This document shows positions 21,337-30,882 of a stretch of 64,000 nt of DNA, piece by piece. Each line of letters starts with the position of its first letter. Positions within the stretch are counted from its first letter, which is position 1. Location of the stretch: NCBI GenBank assembly GCA_020633655.1, contig JACKDF010000011.1, positions 65,827 to 129,826 of the forward strand. The letters are read 5' to 3'. The notes beneath the pieces were generated by a model. It had not been told where the DNA came from. It saw only the letters and a list, made by a program, of their open reading frames with translations, and ran no database searches. The position numbers were made by a program, and so were the translations under genes. The DNA comes from Deferribacteres bacterium. GTDB taxonomy: Bacteria; Zhuqueibacterota; Zhuqueibacteria; Zhuqueibacterales; Geothermadaptataceae.

Positions 21337-22506
21337 ATGTTAAATATTGCGTTATTCGGCCCCCCTGGAGCGGGAAAAGGTACACAATCGGAATTTCTGA
21401 TTGAGGAATACAATCTCTTTTATATTTCCACGGGCGATTTGTTACGAAAAGAGATTGCTAACAAAACCAGTTTAGGTATGCAGGCACGGGATATTATCGC
21501 CTCAGGCGGGCTGGTTTCCGATGAAATAATCGTACAGATTATCGAAAAAACCATTACGGAAAATCCTGACGCTGATGGTTTTCTCTTTGATGGCTTTCCA
21601 CGCACTTACATTCAGGCTTACATTCTCAGTGGCTTGATGATTAAACTCAATACAACGCTCAGTTGTCTCATCAGCCTGAAATTACCGGAAGAGGAATCTG
21701 TTGCACGATTGCTGAAACGTGGCGAAACCTCGGGGCGCTCCGATGATAATGAACAGGTAATTCGCAACCGCTTGCGGGAGTATTATGAGAAAACACTTCC
21801 TGTACTTCGTTTTTATAAAGAGAGGGGTATACTTTATGAGATTGACGGCAGTAAAAGTATTGATGATGTGAAAGCGCAAATTCGTGCTGTTATCAGCGCA
21901 GAATTGAGCAACCGCCTGTTTAACCTGGTAATATTTGGGTATCCGGGTTCCGGGCGAGGTTCTCAGGGTAAAAATTTAGCGGAAAAATATGGTCTTGAGT
22001 ATGTTGCAACGGGTAAAATGCTTGAGGACGAGATTGCAAAAAAAACTGTTCTGGGAAGGAAAGTTGAAAAATATTACAACAGCGGCCAACTTGTTCCAGA
22101 TGAAATTGTGGTGCAATTGATCGAGAAGAAACTCAAGAGACACAAAGAGGTGAAAGGCTTTATTTTCAAAGGTTTTCCCCGCACTTTAGTGCAATCATAC
22201 ATACTTGATGGTATGTTAAAAAAGATCGGAACACAGATTTCGCAAATTCTTGAAATTGAAGTACCGACCTTAAAGCTCATCGAGCGGCTTGATACACGCA
22301 GCAAAACAGATAAATGCATGCCTTACGATTCAAGTACAGCGAAAATTGTCAAGCGTTTGGAAGAGCACGAAGAAAAGACGGTTTCCGTCATCGAAAAGTA
22401 CAAGCAATTGCATGACGTCACTAATATTGATGGCAGGGGGACGTTTAATGAAGTTTCTGAAAGAATAATTACTGAAGTAGAAAAATTGATGCGAAAGCTT
22501 CGGTAA
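21337..22506 (+). CDS. adk: Tandem adenylate kinase fusion (canonical short-LID ADK + divergent second ADK-like module)
   Basis: Module 1 carries FGPPGAGKGTQ, STGDLLRKEI, DGFPRT and GRSDDNEQVIRNRL. Module 2, from about nt 21919, carries FGYPGSGRGSQG, ATGKMLEDEI and KGFPRT, and its LID segment lacks the RxDD pattern. Confidence 0.85.
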   Translation: MLNIALFGPPGAGKGTQSEFLIEEYNLFYISTGDLLRKEIANKTSLGMQARDIIASGGLVSDEIIVQIIEKTITENPDADGFLFDGFPRTYIQAYILSGLMIKLNTTLSCLISLKLPEEESVARLLKRGETSGRSDDNEQVIRNRLREYYEKTLPVLRFYKERGILYEIDGSKSIDDVKAQIRAVISAELSNRLFNLVIFGYPGSGRGSQGKNLAEKYGLEYVATGKMLEDEIAKKTVLGRKVEKYYNSGQLVPDEIVVQLIEKKLKRHKEVKGFIFKGFPRTLVQSYILDGMLKKIGTQISQILEIEVPTLKLIERLDTRSKTDKCMPYDSSTAKIVKRLEEHEEKTVSVIEKYKQLHDVTNIDGRGTFNEVSERIITEVEKLMRKLR

Positions 22507-22627
22507 ATTTGCTTAGCCTATTTATGAATTATGTAAAGTTAGCGAAGGATCGGGGGGAACTTCATACCACATCCGGATTCCATTTATAAATTAACGGAAA
22601 ATATTATTCGTGTAAATTCTGATAACC

Positions 22628-22661
22628 GATGCCGCTCGTTCAAAGAAGCGGCATTCCTTTT
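22628..22661 (+). terminator. Candidate intrinsic terminator after adk fusion
   Basis: GATGCCGCT-N10-AGCGGCATTC followed by CTTTT. The T-tract is weak. Confidence 0.4.
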
Positions 22662-22882
22662 AAAGGGATTCCACGTAATTTCGTTTTTCACTATTAATCC
22701 TCCTCAGTTCTATGAATTGTCGGTAATGTATACAGAATTCCACTCGCGAAAAATTTTCAAGTCCCGTTCCAATTCTGATTCTCAAGATATCAGTTCCACT
22801 TCCGATGAGCTAGTTCAGAACTTCGTCTTTAATTCAAAGAGGATAAAATAGTTTTGGTAAATTTTTGCGAATATTTGCACCT

Positions 22883-23941
22883 ATGTTAAAGAAACGAATG
22901 CTACACATAGATATTGCAAAAAGTATTGCAATCATCTGGATCGTTTATGGACATGCACTCGTTCAAATGCAAGGTACGCAATTTTATTCTAGCTATCTTG
23001 ATAAGCAGATGGGCTTTATGTTCACGCTGTTTTCCTTTCGATTGCCATTGCTTTTTATGATTTCCGGCGCCTTTCAACGGCGTAGGTTAGAGTATAGCTT
23101 CGCGTCCCATAAAGAGTATCTGGTTAAGATTTTTCAGACGATACTTTTGCCGTTCTATTCATTGTCCCTCATTTTTTTGCTCATAAATGTCACTATGAGT
23201 AAATATCTCAATTCACCTTCAATGAGTGAGATGATTTATTCGCTCCTTTTGCAGCAATCGAATAATAATATTTTGCCTTCAGGGGTTATGTGGTTTTTAT
23301 TCACATTGTTTAATTGTGCGTTTCTCACCTATTTCGCAATCCGTGTGTTCAAGCTAAGGCCAATTTACTTTCTGTTGTTTGCGTTGGTTTTAAAAGCAGT
23401 AAGTGGCGTGTTCACAAATGCATATTTTCTCGCTTTGGACACGACATCCCAGTTTTTGTTTTTCTTTGTTCTGGGTTATTATTTTGATAAATATGTTATT
23501 TATGAACCAATTCACAAATGGAAATATCTCGCCTGGTTTATCGTTGCTTATTTATTCTTGCTAGTCACATATTTTAACCTGTCCGCATTCCCGCCAGCAT
23601 TTGTGGCTGTATTTAAATTTATCAAATCATTTGAGATATTTGGTATTCTTGTAACGTTGATTATCTTCGGTATTGCACACAAATTAGCGGAAAAGTACAG
23701 CGAATCAAAAGTGCTGCGTTGGTTTATATATTGCGGTGCATCTTCCATGCTCATTTATGTTTTCCACATGCCAACATTCACTTTGCTCAATCTAATTATG
23801 AATATTGTGCATGTATACCCGGGAGTAGTAAAATTACTGCTTCTTTTTGTTCCAGGTGTTATATTTCCATTAATTTATGGCAAGATTTTGAGCTACAATA
23901 AAGCAGCGTATAAACTTTTAATAGGACGTGACCCGGGTTAA
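22883..23941 (+). CDS. Acyltransferase family 3 (membrane O-acyltransferase)
   Basis: (MLKKR)MLHIDIAKSIAIIWIVYGH and about 10 hydrophobic segments are typical of Acyl_transf_3. Start candidates are ATG 22883 and ATG 22898; the track ORF begins at TTG 22865. Confidence 0.75.
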   Translation: MLKKRMLHIDIAKSIAIIWIVYGHALVQMQGTQFYSSYLDKQMGFMFTLFSFRLPLLFMISGAFQRRRLEYSFASHKEYLVKIFQTILLPFYSLSLIFLLINVTMSKYLNSPSMSEMIYSLLLQQSNNNILPSGVMWFLFTLFNCAFLTYFAIRVFKLRPIYFLLFALVLKAVSGVFTNAYFLALDTTSQFLFFFVLGYYFDKYVIYEPIHKWKYLAWFIVAYLFLLVTYFNLSAFPPAFVAVFKFIKSFEIFGILVTLIIFGIAHKLAEKYSESKVLRWFIYCGASSMLIYVFHMPTFTLLNLIMNIVHVYPGVVKLLLLFVPGVIFPLIYGKILSYNKAAYKLLIGRDPG

Positions 23942-24216
23942 AAATACAGTTCTCCCTGGAATCCTTATCCATATTGTAAATATTCTTTTCCCTTGACCTT
24001 ATGAAATTTCTGCATTTTACCAATATGCAGATATCATTTATTAATTAATTTAAATTTAATCCCGTTATAAATCGGTTTCCAGCCCCATCACTCCCGGGAA
24101 TCCGATTTATGAAATATAACTTTTTCTTTCCTTACTTAATTGTTATTATTTGCGGATAACACCCGTTGATTTCGATAAAATATAAATAAGCCTGAGGATT
24201 TTCTGCGGATTGTTGA

Positions 24217-26034
24217 ATGAAGATTTTAGGAATTTCTGCATACTACCATGATTCAGCTGCCTGCCTGGTTGAAGATGGGAAGATTATTGCAGCAGCGCAA
24301 GAAGAACGCTTTACACGTAAAAAACACGATCATAATTTTCCCATAAATTCAATAAATTTTTGCTTGGAACAGGGTAAAATTTCAGGCAAGGATCTGGATT
24401 ATGTCGCTTTTTATGACAAGCCTTTCTTAAAATTCGAACGCCTGCTCGAGACATACTTACAATATGCCCCTCGCGGTATCAACTCCTTCATCAAAGCCAT
24501 GCCTTTGTGGATTAAGCAAAAGCTTTGGATGAAAGATGATATCAAGGAAAAGATCCATTTTGAGGGCACCATTCTCTTTCCCGAGCACCACGAGTCGCAT
24601 GCCGCATCGGCATTTTATCCCTCACCCTTTGAAAAAGCAGCGTTTCTCACTGTCGATGGCGTTGGCGAGTGGGCGACATCCAGTTTTGGCGTTGGCGATG
24701 GCAACAAACTTGAAATGCTTGCCGATATCAGCTTTCCACATTCCCTCGGTTTGCTCTATTCCGCTTTTACCTATTACACCGGTTTTAAAGTAAATTCCGG
24801 CGAATACAAAGTAATGGGACTGGCTCCTTACGGCGAGCCGAAATACGTGCAGCTCATCAAAGACCATCTTATTGATATTAAAGAAGATGGCTCTTTTAAA
24901 ATGGATATGTCCTATTTCAATTATTGTGTCGGTTTAACGATGACGGGATCGAAATTTCATAAACTTTTCGGTGGCCCGCCACGAAAACCTGAAACAAAAT
25001 TAACCCAACGCGAAATGGATTTGGCACGATCCGTTCAGGATGTGGTCGAAGAAGTTATCTTGAAAATGGGTCGGCATATTCGCAAAACAACGGGAATGAA
25101 GAATCTCTGTCTTGCCGGCGGGGTGGCCTTGAATTGTGTCGCCAATGGAAAACTTCTCCGTGAAAAAGTTTTTGATGATATCTGGATTCAGCCAGCTGCC
25201 GGGGATGCCGGTGGTGCACTTGGTGCTGCCTTGCTTACCTGGTATCAATATTTGGGAAATTCGCGTTCCGTTCAACCCATGTCCGATAGCATGCAGGGCG
25301 CATATCTGGGGCCAGAATTTAAAAATGGACAAATTGAGGCATTTTTAAAAACGAACAACATAGCACATCAACGATTGGAAGAAAATGAAGTGAGCAAAGT
25401 TGTCGCTGATCTCATTTCAAATGAAAACGTAATTGGCTGGTTTCAGGGGAGAATGGAATTTGGACCCCGTGCATTGGGCAGCCGCTCCATATTGGGCGAT
25501 GCGCGTTCTGCGAAAATGCAGGAAACAATGAATTTGAAGATCAAATTTCGTGAAAGTTTCCGGCCATTCGCACCTTCTGTTAAAGCTGAAAACGTATCCG
25601 ATTATTTCGAACTTGATCGTCCGAGCCCGTACATGCTGCTCGTTGCTGATGTCAACAAAAAGCGGCAAAGGCAAATGAGTCCAGAAGAAATGCAAAAGTT
25701 CGGACTCGATAAATTGAAAATTGTGCGCTCCGATATTCCCGCCGTTACCCATGTTGATTATTCTGCCCGGGTACAAACCGTGCACAAGGACACCAACCCA
25801 CTTTACCACGATTTACTTACTGAGTTTGAAAACACGCAAGGTTGTGCAACCGTGATCAATACATCGTTTAATGTACGTGGTGAACCCATTGTCTGCACTC
25901 CGGAAGATGCATACCGTTGTTTTATGCGCACAAATATGGATTACCTTATTCTGGAAAATTACCTGCTGGATAAGCGACAGCAGGCACCGTTGGAAAATGA
26001 TACCGACTGGCAAAAAGAATTTGAATTGGATTAA
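24217..26034 (+). CDS. Carbamoyltransferase (NodU/CmcH family)
   Basis: MKILGISAYYHDSAACLVEDGKIIAAAQEERFTRKKHD, LAGGVALNCVANG and a C-terminal YrdC-like half with NTSFNVRGEPIV. Confidence 0.9.
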   Translation: MKILGISAYYHDSAACLVEDGKIIAAAQEERFTRKKHDHNFPINSINFCLEQGKISGKDLDYVAFYDKPFLKFERLLETYLQYAPRGINSFIKAMPLWIKQKLWMKDDIKEKIHFEGTILFPEHHESHAASAFYPSPFEKAAFLTVDGVGEWATSSFGVGDGNKLEMLADISFPHSLGLLYSAFTYYTGFKVNSGEYKVMGLAPYGEPKYVQLIKDHLIDIKEDGSFKMDMSYFNYCVGLTMTGSKFHKLFGGPPRKPETKLTQREMDLARSVQDVVEEVILKMGRHIRKTTGMKNLCLAGGVALNCVANGKLLREKVFDDIWIQPAAGDAGGALGAALLTWYQYLGNSRSVQPMSDSMQGAYLGPEFKNGQIEAFLKTNNIAHQRLEENEVSKVVADLISNENVIGWFQGRMEFGPRALGSRSILGDARSAKMQETMNLKIKFRESFRPFAPSVKAENVSDYFELDRPSPYMLLVADVNKKRQRQMSPEEMQKFGLDKLKIVRSDIPAVTHVDYSARVQTVHKDTNPLYHDLLTEFENTQGCATVINTSFNVRGEPIVCTPEDAYRCFMRTNMDYLILENYLLDKRQQAPLENDTDWQKEFELD

Positions 26035-26042
26035 AATCGAAT

Positions 26043-26459
26043 ATGCTGCTAGATGATATAAAAAACATTGAAAGTGGTCGCGACCAGGTTAAAAAATTTG
26101 GTCTTTCCGTAGGTGGTGTTCTCATTTTACTGGCCTCCGTTTTATACTGGTATGCAAGTCCCAATGCACTCTATTTGTTCATTGCCGGACTTCTATTGAT
26201 GATTCCAGCGTGGCTTTTTCCCCTCGTATTAAAGCCATTGCAAATTGCATGGATGACTGTTGCGGTGATTATCGGATGGTTCATGACGCGTGTGATTTTA
26301 AGTGTGCTCTATTATGTTGCGTTCACGATAATCGGACTTTCGGCGAGGATTTTTGGGAAGCAATTTCTGGAATTGAAATGGGATAAAAACCAGAAAAGTT
26401 ACTGGAATCCAAGAAATAAGGGCGATTTTGATAAATTAAAATATGAAAAACAATTCTAA
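26043..26459 (+). CDS. SxtJ-family small membrane protein
   Basis: 138 aa. ...VKKFGLSVGGVLILLASVLYW... plus three TM segments. It occupies the conserved position directly after the carbamoyltransferase. Confidence 0.65.
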   Translation: MLLDDIKNIESGRDQVKKFGLSVGGVLILLASVLYWYASPNALYLFIAGLLLMIPAWLFPLVLKPLQIAWMTVAVIIGWFMTRVILSVLYYVAFTIIGLSARIFGKQFLELKWDKNQKSYWNPRNKGDFDKLKYEKQF

Positions 26460-26470
26460 AAGGAATCCGG

Positions 26471-26629
26471 ATGAGTAAGCTTATTATCGTAGGTGAATTC
26501 TGGGATTTTTTGAAAGCACGCAAAAAATGGTGGCTCATGCCTGTAATCGTATTTTTGGTTCTTTTAGGTGCAATTCTTGTGCTTTCTGAAGGTTCCGCAT
26601 TAGCGCCATTTGTTTATACTCTTTTCTAG
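26471..26629 (+). CDS. DUF5989-family 52-aa membrane peptide (absent from the ORF track, below size cutoff)
   Basis: I translated it by hand as MSKLIIVGEFWDFLKARKKWWLMPVIVFLVLLGAILVLSEGSALAPFVYTLF*. This matches the remembered DUF5989 pattern (F(L/W)K.RKKWWL.P....L.L.G.L......S...PFIYTLF) that accompanies SxtJ and carbamoyltransferase. Confidence 0.7.
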   Translation: MSKLIIVGEFWDFLKARKKWWLMPVIVFLVLLGAILVLSEGSALAPFVYTLF

Positions 26630-26706
26630 GAAATATGCACTGAACAGACGGGAATTTGAAGCGGGATCGGTCGCTTTTCAGAATTCTATTTAGCAACGGG
26701 ATCTTT

Positions 26707-27879
26707 ATGAACAACAAACGAACAGTTTTCTGGATATTATTTATTGTTTTAATTTTATTTCTAACAGACACACTGCTTTTTCTCGGTCTGTCTTTTATCA
26801 GCAAAAAGAAGAATATTTTTTACGGGCAAACTCGCATCAGCGCAACAAAGGTAGCCATGTGGCGTGAGAACAGTTTCGATCCCATGCTGGGTTGGAAATT
26901 GCATCGGGCGGAAGCAAACAATCTCGGTGCCCGCCGCAATACGGACTACGATCCAAAGCCAGGTTATGATATAAAAACTTTCGGAGATTCTTTTACTATG
27001 GGGGCAGAAGTTTCAACGGATAATACCTACCAGTCCTTCATCGAAAAAGAAACTGGTTGGGATTGTTTGAATTTCGGTGTTGGCGCTTATGGTCCTGACC
27101 AGGCTATACTCAGTTACAAGCGAATGGATATTAAGTCGAAGTATGCCGTCCTGGGCATTCTTTCAGAGAATATTGGACGCGTCGTTTCCTATTATCCCTC
27201 CTGGTATATGCGTGAATGGTTCCCGCCCAAGCCGCGTTTTAAAAAGGTTGATGGGGAAATTCAACTCATCGAAACACCAATTTCACGCAAGAAAAAAGCA
27301 GAACAATTATTGGATGATGATTTTATTGCAACACTGAGAAAGTCAGACTATTGGCCGGATTATTACGAAAATCAATTACATGCTCCCGCGAATCTGCAAT
27401 GGCCAGCTTTTTATACAATACTCGGGCATCTGCCTTTTTTCGCCTCTCGCGCCCAAATCGTAATTTCAAATCGCATGCATCCCACTTATGAAATGGAAAA
27501 AGAAAAATACAAATACACTCATTTGTATGAGTCGGATACGGAAGCATTGCAGTTGATGCGCTACATAATTGATACTTTTGCACAAATTGCTGAAGAACGG
27601 GGTGAAATTCCGATTTTTATTCTTTTTGCCGATCAGTTCTCAATTGATATTTTTCGGAAATATGATAAAAAAATATATGAGCCACTGGCGGATTATCTCA
27701 AGGAACAAAATTACATATTTTTAGATATTGGCGATATCTTCGCAAAAGAGAATTATGGAAAATATTTTCTCTATTATAACAGCCACTATTCGCCTGCTGG
27801 AAATGAGAAAGTTGCACAGTCACTTGTTGAGCTTGTAAAAAACCTCGAAGGCGATGAGTCAACTTTCAAGGTTGAGTAA
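26707..27879 (+). CDS. SGNH/GDSL-like hydrolase or acyl-esterase family membrane-anchored protein (tentative)
   Basis: N-terminal TM segment (VFWILFIVLILFLTDTLLFLGLSF). FGDSFTMGAEV is a GDSx block-I-like motif. The track ORF starts at TTG 26656; ATG 26707 is preferred. Confidence 0.55.
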   Translation: MNNKRTVFWILFIVLILFLTDTLLFLGLSFISKKKNIFYGQTRISATKVAMWRENSFDPMLGWKLHRAEANNLGARRNTDYDPKPGYDIKTFGDSFTMGAEVSTDNTYQSFIEKETGWDCLNFGVGAYGPDQAILSYKRMDIKSKYAVLGILSENIGRVVSYYPSWYMREWFPPKPRFKKVDGEIQLIETPISRKKKAEQLLDDDFIATLRKSDYWPDYYENQLHAPANLQWPAFYTILGHLPFFASRAQIVISNRMHPTYEMEKEKYKYTHLYESDTEALQLMRYIIDTFAQIAEERGEIPIFILFADQFSIDIFRKYDKKIYEPLADYLKEQNYIFLDIGDIFAKENYGKYFLYYNSHYSPAGNEKVAQSLVELVKNLEGDESTFKVE

Positions 27880-27933
27880 AGTCTTCTTGTATTGTCTTAG
27901 TCGAATTACTTTTCATTCCCCTTGAAAAACGTC

Positions 27934-27961
27934 GTTGCAGAGAAGCACTCGTCTCTGCAAC
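27934..27961 (+). terminator. Candidate terminator hairpin
   Basis: GTTGCAGAGA-AGCACTCG-TCTCTGCAAC is a 10-bp perfect stem. It is followed by CGTTTAAATT, a weak T-tract. Confidence 0.4.
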
Positions 27962-28232
27962 CGTTTAAATTACCAAAATTGATCGCAGCTTCTGCCACCC
28001 ATTGATCTTGCCTCAAGCGTTCTCTCAATAAAAATATACTTAAAAGACCTGACATTTTTGATAAATCGTTGGTTCTTCATCGCTTGCAAACCGATACCAT
28101 TTAAGGATAAATCAGTCGATAATGAAAGCATATGTTAAAATTTATTTTGATATTTTCTTCAATTGAACTATAGCATTTGTACTGATGTGGAATAAGCGAT
28201 TTTGTTTTATCGTAAAGTAAATCGAGGCCCTT

Positions 28233-29492
28233 GTGAAAATTTTAAATGTTGATAAATATTATTTTATCAAAGGTGGAGCAGAAAGATATTACTTTGAGCT
28301 TGCAAAAGTTCTTGAGGCATACGGACATGAGGTCATTCCCTTCTCCATGCAACACCCTGAAAATTTTGAAACGAACTATGCAGAGTATTTCGTGCCGAAT
28401 ATTGAGTTTAATGGCCTTACACCGCTTCAGAAAATGCGTCAGACGCCTGAAATATTGGGGCGCATCATTTATTCGCGAAAGGCGAAAGAAGCCGTCACAC
28501 GGCTCATTGAAAAAACAAAACCGGATATCGCTCACCTGCACATGATCGACCACCAACTCTCACCATCCATTTTACATGCTTTTCGGGATGCAGGTATACC
28601 GGTCATTCAAACATGCCATCAGTATAAGCTCGTTTGTCCCAGCTATCGTCTGTTCGTAATGCACACAAATGAGGTTTGCGAGCGGTGTATCAGTGGCGAT
28701 TTTTATCACGCCTTCGCTCAAAAATGCCTGAAAGATTCTCGGGGTGCGAGCGCTTTGGTCACTATCGAGAGTTATGTGCATAAATGGATGAAAATCTATG
28801 ATAATATAGATCTCTTTCATGTTCCGAGTCGTTTTTTGGGAAACAAGCTCATCGAAGGCGGCTTTCCGGAAGAAAAAATCTGGCATAATTTTTATACCAT
28901 CAATTTAGAGGATTATCCCTACCACCCGGAATATGGCGATTATTGTCTTTACTTCGGCCGTCTGTCGGAGGAGAAAGGGATTCAAACACTGCTTCGGGCA
29001 ATGAAAAGTATGCCTGAAACAAAATTACTGGTCGCTGGTGATGGCCCGTACCGGGCCTTTCTTGAAGGTTTGAAGTTTGAACTTGGCTTGGAAAATGTCA
29101 CCTTTCTCGGAAATAAGGGTGGTGATGAGCTGGTAAAATTAGTACAGAATTCACGCTTTATTGTTGTGCCCTCTGAATGGTATGATAATTCTCCACTGGT
29201 GATTTATGAAGCGTTCTCCATGGGTAAACCGGCCATTGTGAGTACGATGGGCGGAATGCCGGAATTAGTGGATGATGGAATTAACGGATTTCATTTTCAA
29301 GCCGGAGATGAAGAAGAATTGTCGGACAAAGTAGCAACCTTATGGAGTGATACTGATCTTATTCAAAAATTCAGTAAAAACGCACGCGAGAAAGCAGATC
29401 GTGAGTTCAGTCCGGCAGCGCATTATAATAACATAATTCAGGTGTATGAAAAACTGGTGTCGGAGAAAAAGTACCTGAGTAAGTGGTCTTAA
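28233..29492 (+). CDS. Glycosyltransferase family 4
   Basis: FGRLSEEKGIQTLL...PSEWYDNSPLVIYEAFSMGKPAIVSTMGGMPELVDDGINGFHF is the GT4 EX7E region. GTG start. Confidence 0.85.
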   Translation: MKILNVDKYYFIKGGAERYYFELAKVLEAYGHEVIPFSMQHPENFETNYAEYFVPNIEFNGLTPLQKMRQTPEILGRIIYSRKAKEAVTRLIEKTKPDIAHLHMIDHQLSPSILHAFRDAGIPVIQTCHQYKLVCPSYRLFVMHTNEVCERCISGDFYHAFAQKCLKDSRGASALVTIESYVHKWMKIYDNIDLFHVPSRFLGNKLIEGGFPEEKIWHNFYTINLEDYPYHPEYGDYCLYFGRLSEEKGIQTLLRAMKSMPETKLLVAGDGPYRAFLEGLKFELGLENVTFLGNKGGDELVKLVQNSRFIVVPSEWYDNSPLVIYEAFSMGKPAIVSTMGGMPELVDDGINGFHFQAGDEEELSDKVATLWSDTDLIQKFSKNAREKADREFSPAAHYNNIIQVYEKLVSEKKYLSKWS

Positions 29493-29601
29493 CCTGATTA
29501 ATTTATAAACATCGAGAATGGCAGGGGATATCCCATGTCCATCGCTAGCTCCAGACTACGCATGAATATACCAGATAAGATTGTATTAAAAAGGATAGAA
29601 A

Positions 29602-30738
29602 ATGGCTGAGAAAATTCGCGTTTTGCAAATTGTCGACGGATTTCGAATGGGAGGGGCGGAGAATAAGCTCTGGGAATTGGTCGAGCATCTCGACACAACC
29701 CGTTTTGAGTCTTTTGTTGCAAACGTCGGCCCTTCAGGCCCCCTGGAAGACCGTTTCAAATCCATCAATGTGCCGGTTTTTGATTGCAGCAGAACACACC
29801 GTTTTGATGTTGGCCCGATTTTTAAACTGAAAAACATTATGCAAGAGCATAAAATTGATGTTGTGCAGAACACACTTTTCTGGGCAGATGTGGTTGGATC
29901 AATTGCGGCAAAGCTGGCAAAAGTTCCGGTTGTGATATCCTGGGAAACGGTGACGCATGAGGGAAATCCCTATCACGCACAAATGCAACGACGTCTCGGT
30001 TACCAAATAGCGATGAAAATGACCGACTGCGTTGCGGCTGTCTCTCACGAAATCAAGCGAAGTTTGCAAAATCGGCGTCACTTGCCCGCGGACATGATTG
30101 AAGTCATTCATTACGGCGTCGACCTGGAAAAATTTTCCCCTAATGGATCCGTAGCGTCCAAACGCAAAGAACTGGAATTTGACGATAAAACGGTTGCCAT
30201 CGTAATCGTTGCCCGGCTCGAAAAGGTAAAAGGGCATCGTTATTTTGTTGAAGCGTTTTCACGAATTGCTGCAAAACACCCGAACGCATCGGTAATCTTT
30301 GTCGGGGATGGTGCAGAACGTAAGATGCTGGAAGAATTGGTGAACAAGGCAGGGTTGCAATCACAAATTCGTTTTATGGGAATTCGCCGTGATGTTGCGC
30401 AGGTTTTGAATGCCGTCGATTTTTTTGTCCTGCCTTCCATTGCCGGTGAAGGCCTGCCCAATGTTGTGCTCGAGGCCATGGCTTGCAGTAAACCGGTGGT
30501 TGCCGCTGACGTTGGCGGCACAGCCGAAGCAGTAAAAGATGGGGAAAATGGCTTTATCTTTCCACCCAAAAATATTGAGAAAATGGCAGAATCGCTGGAA
30601 AAACTCATAACCAACCACGAGCTGCGAAAACAATTCAGTACCAATTCCCGGCGTATCGCTGAAAATGATTTTTCGTTGCAAAAAGAGATCAATGCTTTTC
30701 AGGAACTCTACCAGCGATTGCTTGCAAAAAAGGGATAA
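29602..30738 (+). CDS. Glycosyltransferase family 4
   Basis: VARLEKVKGHRYF...PSIAGEGLPNVVLEAMACSKPVVAADVGGTAEAVKDGENGFIF. Confidence 0.85.
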   Translation: MAEKIRVLQIVDGFRMGGAENKLWELVEHLDTTRFESFVANVGPSGPLEDRFKSINVPVFDCSRTHRFDVGPIFKLKNIMQEHKIDVVQNTLFWADVVGSIAAKLAKVPVVISWETVTHEGNPYHAQMQRRLGYQIAMKMTDCVAAVSHEIKRSLQNRRHLPADMIEVIHYGVDLEKFSPNGSVASKRKELEFDDKTVAIVIVARLEKVKGHRYFVEAFSRIAAKHPNASVIFVGDGAERKMLEELVNKAGLQSQIRFMGIRRDVAQVLNAVDFFVLPSIAGEGLPNVVLEAMACSKPVVAADVGGTAEAVKDGENGFIFPPKNIEKMAESLEKLITNHELRKQFSTNSRRIAENDFSLQKEINAFQELYQRLLAKKG

Positions 30739-30882
30739 ATAATTGTAAAGATTGCTTCATATTGAAAAAAGAATTACAAATCTTTCGATGTATGACGTAT
30801 ATTCTTTTTTGATTTTCCCTGTTCCAGAGCGATTTTGCAAGCACCAACTACGAGTCATAGTAAAGATTCTACCAACAATCCA

